Shown: positions 9,895 through 19,215 of the stretch, one piece after another | How positions within the stretch are numbered: position 1 is the first letter of the stretch | How the letters are laid out: every line of letters begins with the position of its first letter | From: Acidobacteriota bacterium | GTDB taxonomy: Bacteria > Acidobacteriota > UBA890 > WLXD01 | Assembly: GCA_965205505.1 (NCBI GenBank) | Contig: CBDBHB010000003.1 | Location: forward strand, 1-30,969 | Direction: 5' to 3' | Length of the DNA stretch: 30,969 bases | Position numbers and translations under genes: made by a program | Notes under the pieces: generated by a model | What the model was told of the DNA's origin: nothing | Seen by the model: only the letters and a program-made list of their open reading frames with translations | Databases searched by the model: none

Positions 9895-10379
9895 GCACGC
9901 TGGAGTCACAGAGGATCTCCACCCTGCCCCACGCCACGCCGATCAGTCGCCTGCTCCGCGCCGCACTCGGTTTGGGCATGGTCGGCATGGTGGCGCCGGC
10001 GTTGCAAGAAGCATCTTGGCAATCGCGGCTGGAAGTGTTGGGGGGGGGGGTCGTTGTCGGCCTGATGGCCCTCTACACCGTGGTGCACCTGGTGGTCAGC
10101 CGCTACTTCGGGTGGCTCCACCCTTGGATTGGGGCCGCCATCGCCGTCACCCCGGCGTTCCTGGTGTTCCTGAGTGGCGGCGTCTTCGCTGCCGGCGCGG
10201 TCGTATTCATCGGCGCTTCCTTGCTGCTGATCGCCGCGCTCGGACATCCGGGCTGCGAGGTTCTGGCGTTTCCGGCGCTCGTGCTTGGCCGGCGCACCCA
10301 CCTCGCCTGCATCCTCTTGTCGCCGATCGATTGGGTCGAGGGCAAGGTCATGGCTTTGGTGCGCGGTACCCGGTCCTGA
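9891..10379 (+). CDS. Second membrane protein with a G-x-P-G-C-E motif (paralogue of 9346-9894)
   Basis: About four TM segments, GHPGCEVLAFP and THLACILLSPIDWVE. GGAGG RBS. Confidence 0.78.
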   Translation: MSTLESQRISTLPHATPISRLLRAALGLGMVGMVAPALQEASWQSRLEVLGGGVVVGLMALYTVVHLVVSRYFGWLHPWIGAAIAVTPAFLVFLSGGVFAAGAVVFIGASLLLIAALGHPGCEVLAFPALVLGRRTHLACILLSPIDWVEGKVMALVRGTRS

Positions 10380-10522
10380 GGACGAGCACCCGATCCTGGA
10401 GCATCGAGAACCGACGAATAGACGCACGTCGCGCCACTCTGGAGGCGTTGAGCCCGTCGTAGCTTCTCGGTAGCCTGATCGTGCTCCGACAACCCCACTC
10501 CGCAATCAAACGAGGCCAGACA

Positions 10523-11672
10523 GTGCGTCGACGGATCGGCGGCACGGCGACCCTGGTGGTCGGCATCGCCGTGTTGGCAACCCCGAGCTGCACATTCGCG
10601 CCACAAGAAGGGGCTGCGGCGGCCTCGTATCCGAGCAGCGGCTCATCTTCATCCCCCGTTGCGTCGATCGCGGACAGGGTGCTCGCCGCTGCCGTGGAGG
10701 CAAGCAGGAATGCCGTCGGACACCAAGAGGTCGACCTCGGCGGCGGTCATCGCTTCGTTCTGGTGCCCGCCGGGCCCTTTCCCATGGGGTCTGACGAGGG
10801 GCTCGAGGGCGAGCGACCGGTGCCCACGGTCGAGCTCGACGACTACTGGATCGCCAAGTTCCCGGTGACCGTGGGGCAGTTTCGCGCCTTCGTCGAGGCC
10901 ACCGACTACGTCACCGACGCCGAACGGGGCCAAGGCTCGTGGCAATGGACGGGCGAGATTCCGGGGGACGGCGAACGTGGTGATCCCTGGGAGCCGCGGC
11001 TGGACGGCGGCTGGAACAACATCTACTTCGAGCAAGCCAACGACCACGCGGTTGGCAGCGTCAGCTGGAACGACGCGCAAGTATTCTGCGCCTGGCTGTC
11101 GGACCAACTCGGCCTCCCTGTCGTCTTGCCGACCGAGGCTCAATGGGAGAAGGCGGCGCGCGGCACCGAAGGCCTGCGCTTCCCCTGGGGAAACGAGGCT
11201 CCTGATGGGCGCCGGGCCAACTACGCCGACGTCAACTTCATCGGCAAGTACGGGCCGCACACCCGGCGCCCAGACGCCAAGGTCGACGACGGCTATGTGG
11301 AGACCTCGCCGGTCGACGCCTACGACCCAGGCCAATCGCCATACGGTATTTACGACATGGCCGGCAACCTGGGCGAGTGAGTCTACGACATCTACGACAG
11401 GGCGTACTACGCAAACTCCCCGGACCGAAACCCGAGCGGGCCAGAGCGGCCGCCCGCAGTCCCCGACGAGCGCATCGACCGCGTCAACCGCGGCGGCTCT
11501 TGGGTCGATTGGGCAGGCGTCGACGCCGACGGACGCGTTGCCGCGCAGGGAGGGCACAGCATCCGTGCCGCGGCGCGCACCGGCGACGAGCAGAATTCGA
11601 GCGACGACCATATGGGTTTCCGCATCGCGATCGATGGTCTACGCACCGCCGCTGCCCCGGCGGTCGCAGAAA
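10523..11672 (+). CDS. FGE-sulfatase (SUMF1/EgtB/PvdO-like) domain, probable lipoprotein, interrupted by TGA 11378-11380. Probably the N-terminal half of a fusion with the following MBL domain.
   Basis: FPMGS, FPVTVGQF, VSWNDA, LPTEAQWEKAARG and YDMAGNLGE. The frame continues past the TGA as VYDIYD...RVNRGGSW...MGFRIA. Confidence 0.8.
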
Positions 11673-12485
11673 CCGGATCTCACTGGCGTGGAGATCGTCA
11701 CCCACCCGGTTTCCGGCAACATCTACATGCTCGAGGCCAGCGGCGAAGTCGCCGGCAACATCGCCGTCTCGGCTGGGCCCGACGGCATCCTCATCGTCGA
11801 CGATCAGTGGGCCGAGCTGACCGGAGCCATCACCGACGCGCTGAGCGCAATCGACGGCGGCGCGTTGCGTTTCATCATCAACACCCACCATCACGACGAT
11901 CACAGCGATGGCAACGCCAACCTGGTGCGCGGCAGCGACGCGTTGGTGGTCGCCCACGAGCGTACTCGCGAGCGTCTGCTGGCCAAGGACAGCGCCCACT
12001 GGCCGACGATCACCTTCAACGAGACGCTCTCGGTGCATTTCAACGGCGAGGAGGTGCGCGCCTTGGCGATCCCCGGCGGCCACACCGACAACGACGTCGT
12101 CGTGTTCTTCACCGAATCGAACGTCGTGCACATGGGAGATCTGTTCAACTCCGGTACATCGAGCTTCCCGACCGCCGATCTCCGGTCGGGCGGCAACGCG
12201 CTGGCGATGCTGACCAACCTCGACGCCCTGCTGCCGATGATTCCCGACGGCGCCGCGGTCATCCCCGGGCACGGGCCACTATCCGACAAGTCGGAGCTGC
12301 ACCGCGTGCGCAAGATGCTCGACGACACGATTACCTTGGTGCGAACCGGGAAGGCGGCGGGCCGCAGCCTCGACGAGATCGTTGCGGCCGGACTCGGTCG
12401 CGAGTACGAGAGCTGGGGCTATGGCTATATGTCCGCGGACGGCTGGATCGAGATGATCTACCGCAGTCTCGACGGCGAACCGTAG
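11673..12485 (+). CDS. Metallo-beta-lactamase-fold (cyclase-like) domain, probable C-terminal half of the fusion
   Basis: GNIAVSAGPDGILIVD, INTHHHDDHSDGN, GHTDND, HMGDLF and IPGHG. It lacks its own RBS/start before the domain boundary and joins the FGE frame after removing one A near 11670. Confidence 0.85.
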   Translation, partial: PDLTGVEIVTHPVSGNIYMLEASGEVAGNIAVSAGPDGILIVDDQWAELTGAITDALSAIDGGALRFIINTHHHDDHSDGNANLVRGSDALVVAHERTRERLLAKDSAHWPTITFNETLSVHFNGEEVRALAIPGGHTDNDVVVFFTESNVVHMGDLFNSGTSSFPTADLRSGGNALAMLTNLDALLPMIPDGAAVIPGHGPLSDKSELHRVRKMLDDTITLVRTGKAAGRSLDEIVAAGLGREYESWGYGYMSADGWIEMIYRSLDGEP

Positions 12486-12578
12486 CGTGGCTTGGACTGG
12501 CGCTCCCGGTTCCCAACCGAGCCTCGAACGGTTGACTTGGGCGGAGGGACGGCGCACTTGATTCGGAGACATTGGAGA

Positions 12579-13202
12579 ATGCGAGATTCCGGCCAGCTGC
12601 TCTTGATCGCGTTGTTGGGGCTCATGATTGCGAGCCCGGCCTTGGCCGACGACGAAGCCGGCAATGTTCCCCATGTCGCCGCTGGGCCCTATGGCCGTTG
12701 TTACGCCAAGTCTGTTCCTCGGCATATCCGCGATCCTGAGGACCAACCGAGACAGCAAGGGGTGACCAAGGTCTACCGGGTCGGAGATGCCGAGGACGTT
12801 CTGGTTAACGTCTACGACTGGTTCAGCCAACGACTGTTTGTCAGGTGCAGCCCGACAGACGACATCGTCGTGGTCCGCGCCGGGCCATGGCAACGCGGCC
12901 ACGACCCGCAGGAAGATCACCTCGCCATTGCCTTCTATCGGGGCGGCAAGCTGATCAAGAGCTACTCGACCCTGGACATCGCCGGAGGCGAGGAAGCGAA
13001 CGACGGCGGGCTTTCCAAGTACAGGAATGTCTCCGCCTCCGTGTCGCACTACACCGTGTTCGCGTCGGGGCCGGAAAGCATCAAGACAACAACGGCGGAC
13101 GGGCCGGTGTTCACCGAGAGTTGGGAAATCGTAGCGACCACCATCGACGGGCGCTCGCTGACCTTCGGCTTGGAACCCGGAGAGGTTCGACAGGGGCAGT
13201 AA
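12579..13202 (+). CDS. Secreted hypothetical protein
   Basis: GGAG RBS, signal peptide LLLIALLGLMIASPALA/DDE, and a globular-looking mature region. Confidence 0.75.
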   Translation: MRDSGQLLLIALLGLMIASPALADDEAGNVPHVAAGPYGRCYAKSVPRHIRDPEDQPRQQGVTKVYRVGDAEDVLVNVYDWFSQRLFVRCSPTDDIVVVRAGPWQRGHDPQEDHLAIAFYRGGKLIKSYSTLDIAGGEEANDGGLSKYRNVSASVSHYTVFASGPESIKTTTADGPVFTESWEIVATTIDGRSLTFGLEPGEVRQGQ

Positions 13203-13435
13203 CGGCTTTGACGGCAAATCCGTCCACCGACCGAAGCCATTCCCACCGCCCAGCCGGTCAGATCTTGGGCGACCCGGTCGAGCAGCAGCGGCCACCGTGG
13301 AATGAAGGGAGCGAACGGTGAACACTGAACACTACTGACACCGAACGATCTCGGAATTCGGCGACAGCGTCCTTTTCTTACTTAGCAGGGTGTTCCCTGC
13401 TAGAAGGAGCACCACATCCGATCTGGAGTTCAGGC

Positions 13436-16078
13436 ATGAGCGACGACGCGACGCGTTCGGGTAGCGCGAAGGGTGGCTACACGGGAAGCTTCGAAAAGGT
13501 GCAAGCAGCGGAGCTCGAGTACCTGAAAAGGTGCCGCGCCGCGAACAAGCTGCCCGAACCTAAGCCCGATCGCTCCGACCTGGATGGAATTTGCCTATCG
13601 GGAGGCGGCATCCGCTCTGCGACTTTCTGTCTCGGGGTGATGCAACGACTGATCGGTGAGAACAAGTTCAAGCAACTCGACTACTTGAGCACGGTCTCCG
13701 GCGGCGGCTACATCGGCTCTTGCCTGAGCTCACTGCTCACCGGCGATCGCAGGCGCGACGGTAGGGCTCCAGACAGCCCGGTAGATAATCCCGAAGACCC
13801 ACTGCCCGGCGTGGAGCCGGACAACTCGCCGTTCGTGAGGCTCAACCGCGACGATGAAGACGATCTCGAGCCGCGGCTTGGGGTGCGGCAGCAGATCCAT
13901 CATCTGCGCACTCACAGCGAGTACCTGGCACCTCGCCACAAGCTGCTGAGCTTCGACGTCCAGCGTGCGATCGGCGCCTTTATTCTGGGCATGATCCATA
14001 ATTTTCTGCTCATCGGCGCTGCGTTCGTAGCGCTTGTAGCGACGACGCACCTCGTGCTCAGCATTGCCGACCCCGGGCTGAGTGCGCTCGGCTCACTCGA
14101 AAAAGTGGAGGTGCCGCCGCTGCCGGACGACTGCTGCCGGTCCGCGCTGACGACCCGAGCCGCCACCGTCATGCAGCATGTGGCCGCATGGTGGGCACAG
14201 CGGCTGTTGCCGTTGCTCGAGGCGGCCTATGGCGACTTCTTCGAGCACGGCCACACCCGATACTACGCGTTTATCGGCGCAGTCTGGGTGTTCGTTTGGA
14301 GAGTTCGCGGTGCGTCGATTCTCAGGAAATTAAGGAAGGAAGAGGCGCCGAACTTCGGCCAGCTGTCGGGCTGGACGTACGAGGAACAACTGACGTCGCG
14401 CTTCCTGACCGCGTTCAACGTTCTGTCGGTGGCCGCGCCGCTGGCTCTCGTCGTCTGGGCCTGCTGGCGGAGCTCGCACGAGGACGGTTCGCTCTACACA
14501 CTGCTGATCCCCGCTGCCTTCTCGCTCGGCGGCGGCGGCGTAGCCTATGCGCTCAACTGGTGGGAGTCGATGCGCGAGCGCCAGATCGCCAGTGGCGATC
14601 GCAGCTCGGCGCAGCAGGGAGCGGCGCGACGCTCCATCGTGCATGCCATCCAGGGAGCGTCGGTCTACGGCCTGGTTTCGGCCTTCGTGATCCCGGCGGC
14701 GATCATCGTCCTGATGGCGCTCAAGAACCTCACTTTCGAGTTCTTCGGCTCGCTCGTCGTGCTCGCCGTTCTGTACCGCTTTGCCGCACGACAAGCCGAC
14801 ACTACCAACGAAGGCGGATGGCTAGGCAGGATGGCCGGCCGAATGGTCAAGCCGCTGACCAACGCCGGGGTGATCGTAGCGCTTGTGCTGACGTTTGCCG
14901 TCGTATCGCGACAGCTCATCGAGAGAATCCCCGACGACAGCTTCTACCTTGGCCACGCGCTGGCCTTCCTCGTGGCGGTTGCCGTGCTCTTCGTTCTCGG
15001 AACCTCCATCGACTCGAACCGCGTCTCGCTGCACACCTTCTACCGTGATCGCCTCTCGGAGGCCTACTTGACGACGACGGCGCGCCGCAAGCGCAAGGAG
15101 CGCTGCGCCGGCCAAGGGCGGCCGCTCAATGTGATCCGCGACGACGACGAGCTGTTGCTCGAGGACCTCGGCAAGGACAACGGGCGCGGTCCGTACCACC
15201 TCATCGTGGCAGCGCTCAATCTGAGCGGTTCGCGCGAGCTCACGCGGCGCAACTTCCTGTCGGATCACTTCATCTTCTCGCGCGACTACATCGGCTCCGA
15301 TGTCACCGGCTACGTCAAGACCTCGATCTACCGCGAGCGCGGCGTGCTCGGCGTGAAGTTGGCCCGCGCAATGACGATCTCGGCCGCAGCGGCCGGGTCG
15401 GCAGTCGGGTATCACACGTTCTGGGGACAGGCGTTTCTTGCGACCCTCTTCAACCTACGGCTCGGGCACTGGATGGAGAACCCGTGGAGTTACTGCGCGA
15501 CCGACAAGCCCGCCCGGGGCCGATTCCGATTCTGGCCCTGGTGGCTGGGAATCGAGCTGCTGGCCCTGACCACGGCAAGGCGCCGAATGGTGAACCTCTC
15601 GGACGGTGGCCACACGGGCGACAACCTCGGGTTGATGCCGCTGCTACGCAGGCGTTGCAGGCGCATCGTTGTCTGCGATGGCGAGGCCGACGGTGGCTTC
15701 AGCTTCCCGTCGTTCAACAACGCAATCCGTATGGCGTGGATCGAGCGCAACATTCGTATCGAGATCGACCTCGCCGACGTGCAAGAGGCTCACGACACGC
15801 GCTACGGGCACAAGGCCAGCAAGGCGAGCGTGGTGCAGGGAGTGATCCATTACCCGGCCGACTCTAACGGTGCTACCCCACCGGCGGGCACGCTGATCTA
15901 TGTCAAGGCGTCGATCCCCGACGCGAGCGAAGTGCCGGCGCACGTGCACAACTACGCGAAGGAGAACGCCGACTTCCCGCACCAGACGACGATCGACCAG
16001 TTCTTCGACGACGCGCAATTCGAGGCCTACCGCGCCTTGGGACACCATGTAGCGGGAGAGGCTGCAAGCCTCCTGTGA
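13436..16078 (+). CDS. Patatin/cPLA2-like phospholipase with a large multi-TM insertion
   Basis: GICLSGGGIRSA oxyanion loop, DYLSTVSGG nucleophile and LSDGGH catalytic Asp. Many hydrophobic helices lie between the Ser and Asp halves. Confidence 0.88.
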   Translation: MSDDATRSGSAKGGYTGSFEKVQAAELEYLKRCRAANKLPEPKPDRSDLDGICLSGGGIRSATFCLGVMQRLIGENKFKQLDYLSTVSGGGYIGSCLSSLLTGDRRRDGRAPDSPVDNPEDPLPGVEPDNSPFVRLNRDDEDDLEPRLGVRQQIHHLRTHSEYLAPRHKLLSFDVQRAIGAFILGMIHNFLLIGAAFVALVATTHLVLSIADPGLSALGSLEKVEVPPLPDDCCRSALTTRAATVMQHVAAWWAQRLLPLLEAAYGDFFEHGHTRYYAFIGAVWVFVWRVRGASILRKLRKEEAPNFGQLSGWTYEEQLTSRFLTAFNVLSVAAPLALVVWACWRSSHEDGSLYTLLIPAAFSLGGGGVAYALNWWESMRERQIASGDRSSAQQGAARRSIVHAIQGASVYGLVSAFVIPAAIIVLMALKNLTFEFFGSLVVLAVLYRFAARQADTTNEGGWLGRMAGRMVKPLTNAGVIVALVLTFAVVSRQLIERIPDDSFYLGHALAFLVAVAVLFVLGTSIDSNRVSLHTFYRDRLSEAYLTTTARRKRKERCAGQGRPLNVIRDDDELLLEDLGKDNGRGPYHLIVAALNLSGSRELTRRNFLSDHFIFSRDYIGSDVTGYVKTSIYRERGVLGVKLARAMTISAAAAGSAVGYHTFWGQAFLATLFNLRLGHWMENPWSYCATDKPARGRFRFWPWWLGIELLALTTARRRMVNLSDGGHTGDNLGLMPLLRRRCRRIVVCDGEADGGFSFPSFNNAIRMAWIERNIRIEIDLADVQEAHDTRYGHKASKASVVQGVIHYPADSNGATPPAGTLIYVKASIPDASEVPAHVHNYAKENADFPHQTTIDQFFDDAQFEAYRALGHHVAGEAASLL

Positions 16079-16356
16079 TCAGGTGAGAGCGCGTCGAACA
16101 CCTCGTGGCGGATGGTGCAGAAGGACCATTCGGGTCTTTCAAGGGCTGCGCCGAGCGGAACAAACCTCGGTGCTCCTCTGGTCCGCATTGCCCTCAGCTC
16201 CTATAGTCATTGTCGATCTTCTTCTCGAGGGTCTGGCGCCAGATTCGAGGTGAACCGCGAGCCGAAGCGCGGCTGTCCTCCGGCATAGCGGCTCCGACTG
16301 GCGACCTCGTCATGGATAACCAGCGCGACTCTGCTGCTCTGACCTAGGAGGATTCG

Positions 16357-17637
16357 ATGGGCCGCTCATCCGTAAGCCGCCGTGAGTTCGCTCGCCTCTT
16401 TGCCGTCGGCGGGTCGGCCGCGATGCTCGGGCACCCGAGCCTCGAGGGCTTTCAGCCCGCGGCGCTCTCGCCTCGCTCCCTGCGCGCGGGAGCGGTCAAC
16501 TGGGACGCCGTTCGGTCGCAGTTTCTGATGCCGCCCGACGTATCTGTTTTGAACGCCGCGAACCTCTGCCCTTCCCCTGCGAAGGTCTTGGAGACGGTCG
16601 TCGAGTACACCGAACGGCTGGATCGCGAGCCGTTCCCGAGCTACCGGAGCGAGATCGTCGGCGCCAAGGAACGGACGCGCCAGCTGCTGGCCGGATTCCT
16701 ACGCGTGACACCCGAAGAGATCCTCATCACGAGAAACACGAGCGAAGCGAACAACTGGGTGTCGAACGGGCTCGACCTCGGGCCGGGCGACGAGGTCCTT
16801 ATCTTCTCGGACAACCATCCCAGCAACAACCAGGCATGGAAGGCCAAGGCGGAGCGGTTCGGCTACACGGTACGGGAAGTCGAGCAGATCAATCCGCACC
16901 CCGGATTCGAGTACTACCTCGAGGCGTTCGAGCGTGCCATCACCGCGAACACGCGCGTGATGACCTTCATGCACCAGAGCAACACAGCCGGAGACCTCTT
17001 CCCCGCCAAGGAGCTCTGCGCGCTGGCCCGGGAACGGGGGGTCATCTCATTGATTGATGGGGCGCAATCGTTCGGCCTGCTGGACGTGGACCTGTCCGAC
17101 ATCCAGCCGGACTTCTACTCGGGCAGCGCGCACAAATGGCCGTGCGGCCCGAAGGAGACCGGGGTGCTGTACGTAAACGCCCGTGTTCAGGACCGGTTTT
17201 GGCCCTCGAGCTACAGCGCCTACTCGGGACAGTCGGGCATCTCGCGCACCCATGAAGGGATGGGTCAGCGCGACACGCCGGCCCTGCACACCTTCGGCAC
17301 GCAGATCGAGTTCCTCCAGGCGATCGGTCAGAGCCAGATCGAGGCCCGGAGCCGAGACCTGGCCAGCCAGCTCATCGAAGGCCTGAACCGGATCGAAGGC
17401 GTGCACATGTGGACGCCGGCTGAGCCCGCGCTACGCGCGGCGGTGGTCACGTTCCGGCCGGGGGAGCTCGATGCCCGTCGGGTTCTCGGAGCACTCGAAG
17501 AGGACGGCATCGTGGCCGCGTCCCGCGGTGGGTCGGACCGTGGTGGAATCCGTTTCTCGCCGCACTTCTACAACATGGAAGTAGACATCGAGCGCGCAAT
17601 CGACGCGATCGGTCGCTACATGCGGAAGGGGCTGTAG
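16357..17637 (+). CDS. Tat-exported class V PLP aminotransferase (CefD/cysteine desulfurase-like fold)
   Basis: SRREF Tat motif, TRNTSEA, DHPSN-like DNHPSN, IDGAQ, SAHKW (PLP Lys) and IRFSPHFYN. AGGAGG RBS. Confidence 0.9.
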   Translation: MGRSSVSRREFARLFAVGGSAAMLGHPSLEGFQPAALSPRSLRAGAVNWDAVRSQFLMPPDVSVLNAANLCPSPAKVLETVVEYTERLDREPFPSYRSEIVGAKERTRQLLAGFLRVTPEEILITRNTSEANNWVSNGLDLGPGDEVLIFSDNHPSNNQAWKAKAERFGYTVREVEQINPHPGFEYYLEAFERAITANTRVMTFMHQSNTAGDLFPAKELCALARERGVISLIDGAQSFGLLDVDLSDIQPDFYSGSAHKWPCGPKETGVLYVNARVQDRFWPSSYSAYSGQSGISRTHEGMGQRDTPALHTFGTQIEFLQAIGQSQIEARSRDLASQLIEGLNRIEGVHMWTPAEPALRAAVVTFRPGELDARRVLGALEEDGIVAASRGGSDRGGIRFSPHFYNMEVDIERAIDAIGRYMRKGL

Positions 17638-17741
17638 CGCCCCGGCCTCGCCCATGTAGCATCGACCTCGGCAGACGCCACTTCCTCGCGTTCGGTCAGC
17701 CCCTCGATGAAGACGATCATCGGTCGTTGGTCAGTGATTCC

Positions 17742-18665
17742 TCAGCGCGCACGTGGAAAGACGATGAAATCGTCGTGCCTTTCGAGCCTCGGTTCGTTCC
17801 CCATCGCCGCTAGGGCGTTGACGAGCTCGACAAGTTGGCTGAGCTGCAGCTCGAGGCCATGCTCGCTTGGATGCTCCGTCGATTGCTGGGGGAAATCCAC
17901 CCCCGATTGCGAGCTCATCTCGATGTGCGTACCCAGAACATGGCGGACTTCCCTGTCCTCCGCGAAGGCCACCAATCGCTGGATACTTGCCCTGTACGCG
18001 GGCAGCTCCGATGTTGAAAAGTACAGTCGCCCCGGGTAGAAGGAATCACCTGTGAAGAGCAGCCCGGCGCGCCGATCATACAGCGCGATGTGGGCGTCCT
18101 GATGACCAGGAAGCGGGATGACGTCGACGACACGCCCGCCTCCGAGATCGAATTCGACAATTTGCGTCGGCCAGGTCTCGATTCCGAAGAAGGATTGCAC
18201 GGCTGACCGCGTCCGCCCGACGACCTTGGTGTTCGGCCGTGTGGAAAACTGACTGTCGCCGGCGAAGTGATCTCCGTGCGAGTGGGAATGACTTACGATC
18301 AGTTCGATGGTGGTTCGGTCGTGCGTGTCGAGCCATCGGGAAATGATGTCGTCGACAATTGCCCTGATTGGAATGCTTCCGGCACCAGTATCCTGCATCA
18401 GCACTCGGTCTTCTCCGAAGATGAGATAGATGAAAGGTGCCTCGAAATCTGTGCACAGCGACTGCCGTAGGATGAACAGATCATCGTTGTAGGCGTGGAT
18501 CTGCACAGGTCGTTCGGCGTCACAGTCGGTCCCATCTATCCAGTGTTCCGGGAAAGAGCCGTCCTCCAAGGTGCCACCCACTGCACGCGTGTCCCCGCCA
18601 ACATGCGCCGCCAGCAACATGGCAGGGATTATTGCCACGAGGCTTCTCAACCCAACGATGTTCAC
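17742..18665 (-). CDS. Secreted MBL-fold metallo-hydrolase
   Basis: Signal peptide, DTGAG, SHSHSHGDH, LPGHQ, FTGDSFYPG and LGTH. Confidence 0.88.
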   Translation of the reverse strand: MNIVGLRSLVAIIPAMLLAAHVGGDTRAVGGTLEDGSFPEHWIDGTDCDAERPVQIHAYNDDLFILRQSLCTDFEAPFIYLIFGEDRVLMQDTGAGSIPIRAIVDDIISRWLDTHDRTTIELIVSHSHSHGDHFAGDSQFSTRPNTKVVGRTRSAVQSFFGIETWPTQIVEFDLGGGRVVDVIPLPGHQDAHIALYDRRAGLLFTGDSFYPGRLYFSTSELPAYRASIQRLVAFAEDREVRHVLGTHIEMSSQSGVDFPQQSTEHPSEHGLELQLSQLVELVNALAAMGNEPRLERHDDFIVFPRAR

Positions 18666-18677
18666 CGCTTCACCCCT

Positions 18678-18773
18678 CTAGTGGCCTGTAACAGATGATC
18701 GTTGCATTTCGCCGCCATCCTTTGAACAGTTGGGCAGTTGTGGGCGATATCGGCGTTGCGCCTCGTTGACGAT
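18678..18773. mobile_element. Internally deleted, truncated second copy of the MITE
   Basis: 18678-18707 is identical to the first 30 nt of the 5013 TIR. 18706-18773 closely matches the reverse complement of 5102-5169. Confidence 0.85.
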
Positions 18774-18868
18774 TTCGACACCATGCAGCGATTCTATGAG
18801 GAGGTCGTCGGCTTAGAGATACTGCGACGGTTTCTCGCGGCGGTGTTCTTCCGCATCGCCGAAGCCGG
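18768..18868 (+). pseudogene. Remnant of a VOC/glyoxalase gene
   Basis: DDFDTMQRFYEEVVGLEILRRF..AVFFRIAE resembles the first VOC helix/strand motif (D....FY..VLGL). It has no proper start or C-terminus. Confidence 0.6.
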
Positions 18869-19158
18869 CGCCGTGGGCCTCCTCGAGTACCGGCGGGTCG
18901 AGCCCAGGAACCTCCAGGAGTCTCAACGCGGCTTCGATCACCGCCAGCTGCCGCTCCGGGGAATCAGGCGCATCGAGCGGGTAGCCGTGGGGAAACGGAA
19001 CCAATAGCGCTCGGGGTAGCCTGACGGCCTCGACCACGCGACGCAACAGCTGAATCGCAACGGTACAGATACCGCGGCGCTCCAGCTCTGCCGCGACCAG
19101 GCACACGGCCTGGTTGCACATCGGTCACACCGGAACCAGCAGCGCGACATCGACTCGT
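18813..19158 (-). pseudogene. GrdB/PrdB (reductase selenoprotein B)-like gene, 5'-truncated, Sec at TGA 19127-19125
   Basis: In-frame extension of ORF 18813-19121 reads VDVALLVPV-U-PMCNQAVCLVAAELERRGICTV...PRALLVPFPHGYPL, followed by a SECIS-like hairpin. The N-terminal domain is absent. Confidence 0.8.
19096..19114 (-). promoter_or_regulatory. Candidate SECIS hairpin for the GrdB-like UGA
   Basis: accaggc-cgtgt-gcctggt, a perfect 7-bp stem with its loop 18 nt after the UGA. Confidence 0.7.
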
Positions 19159-19215
19159 CTAGGGTGTCGTCGACGCCGAGCTGGTATCTTGACGGATCCT
19201 GAACCGGAGGAACCC

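Noticed and set aside
16357-17637. Selenocysteine lyase or cysteine desulfurase serving the selenoproteins
   Set aside because: It lacks the catalytic Cys loop and carries a Tat signal. Proximity alone is insufficient.
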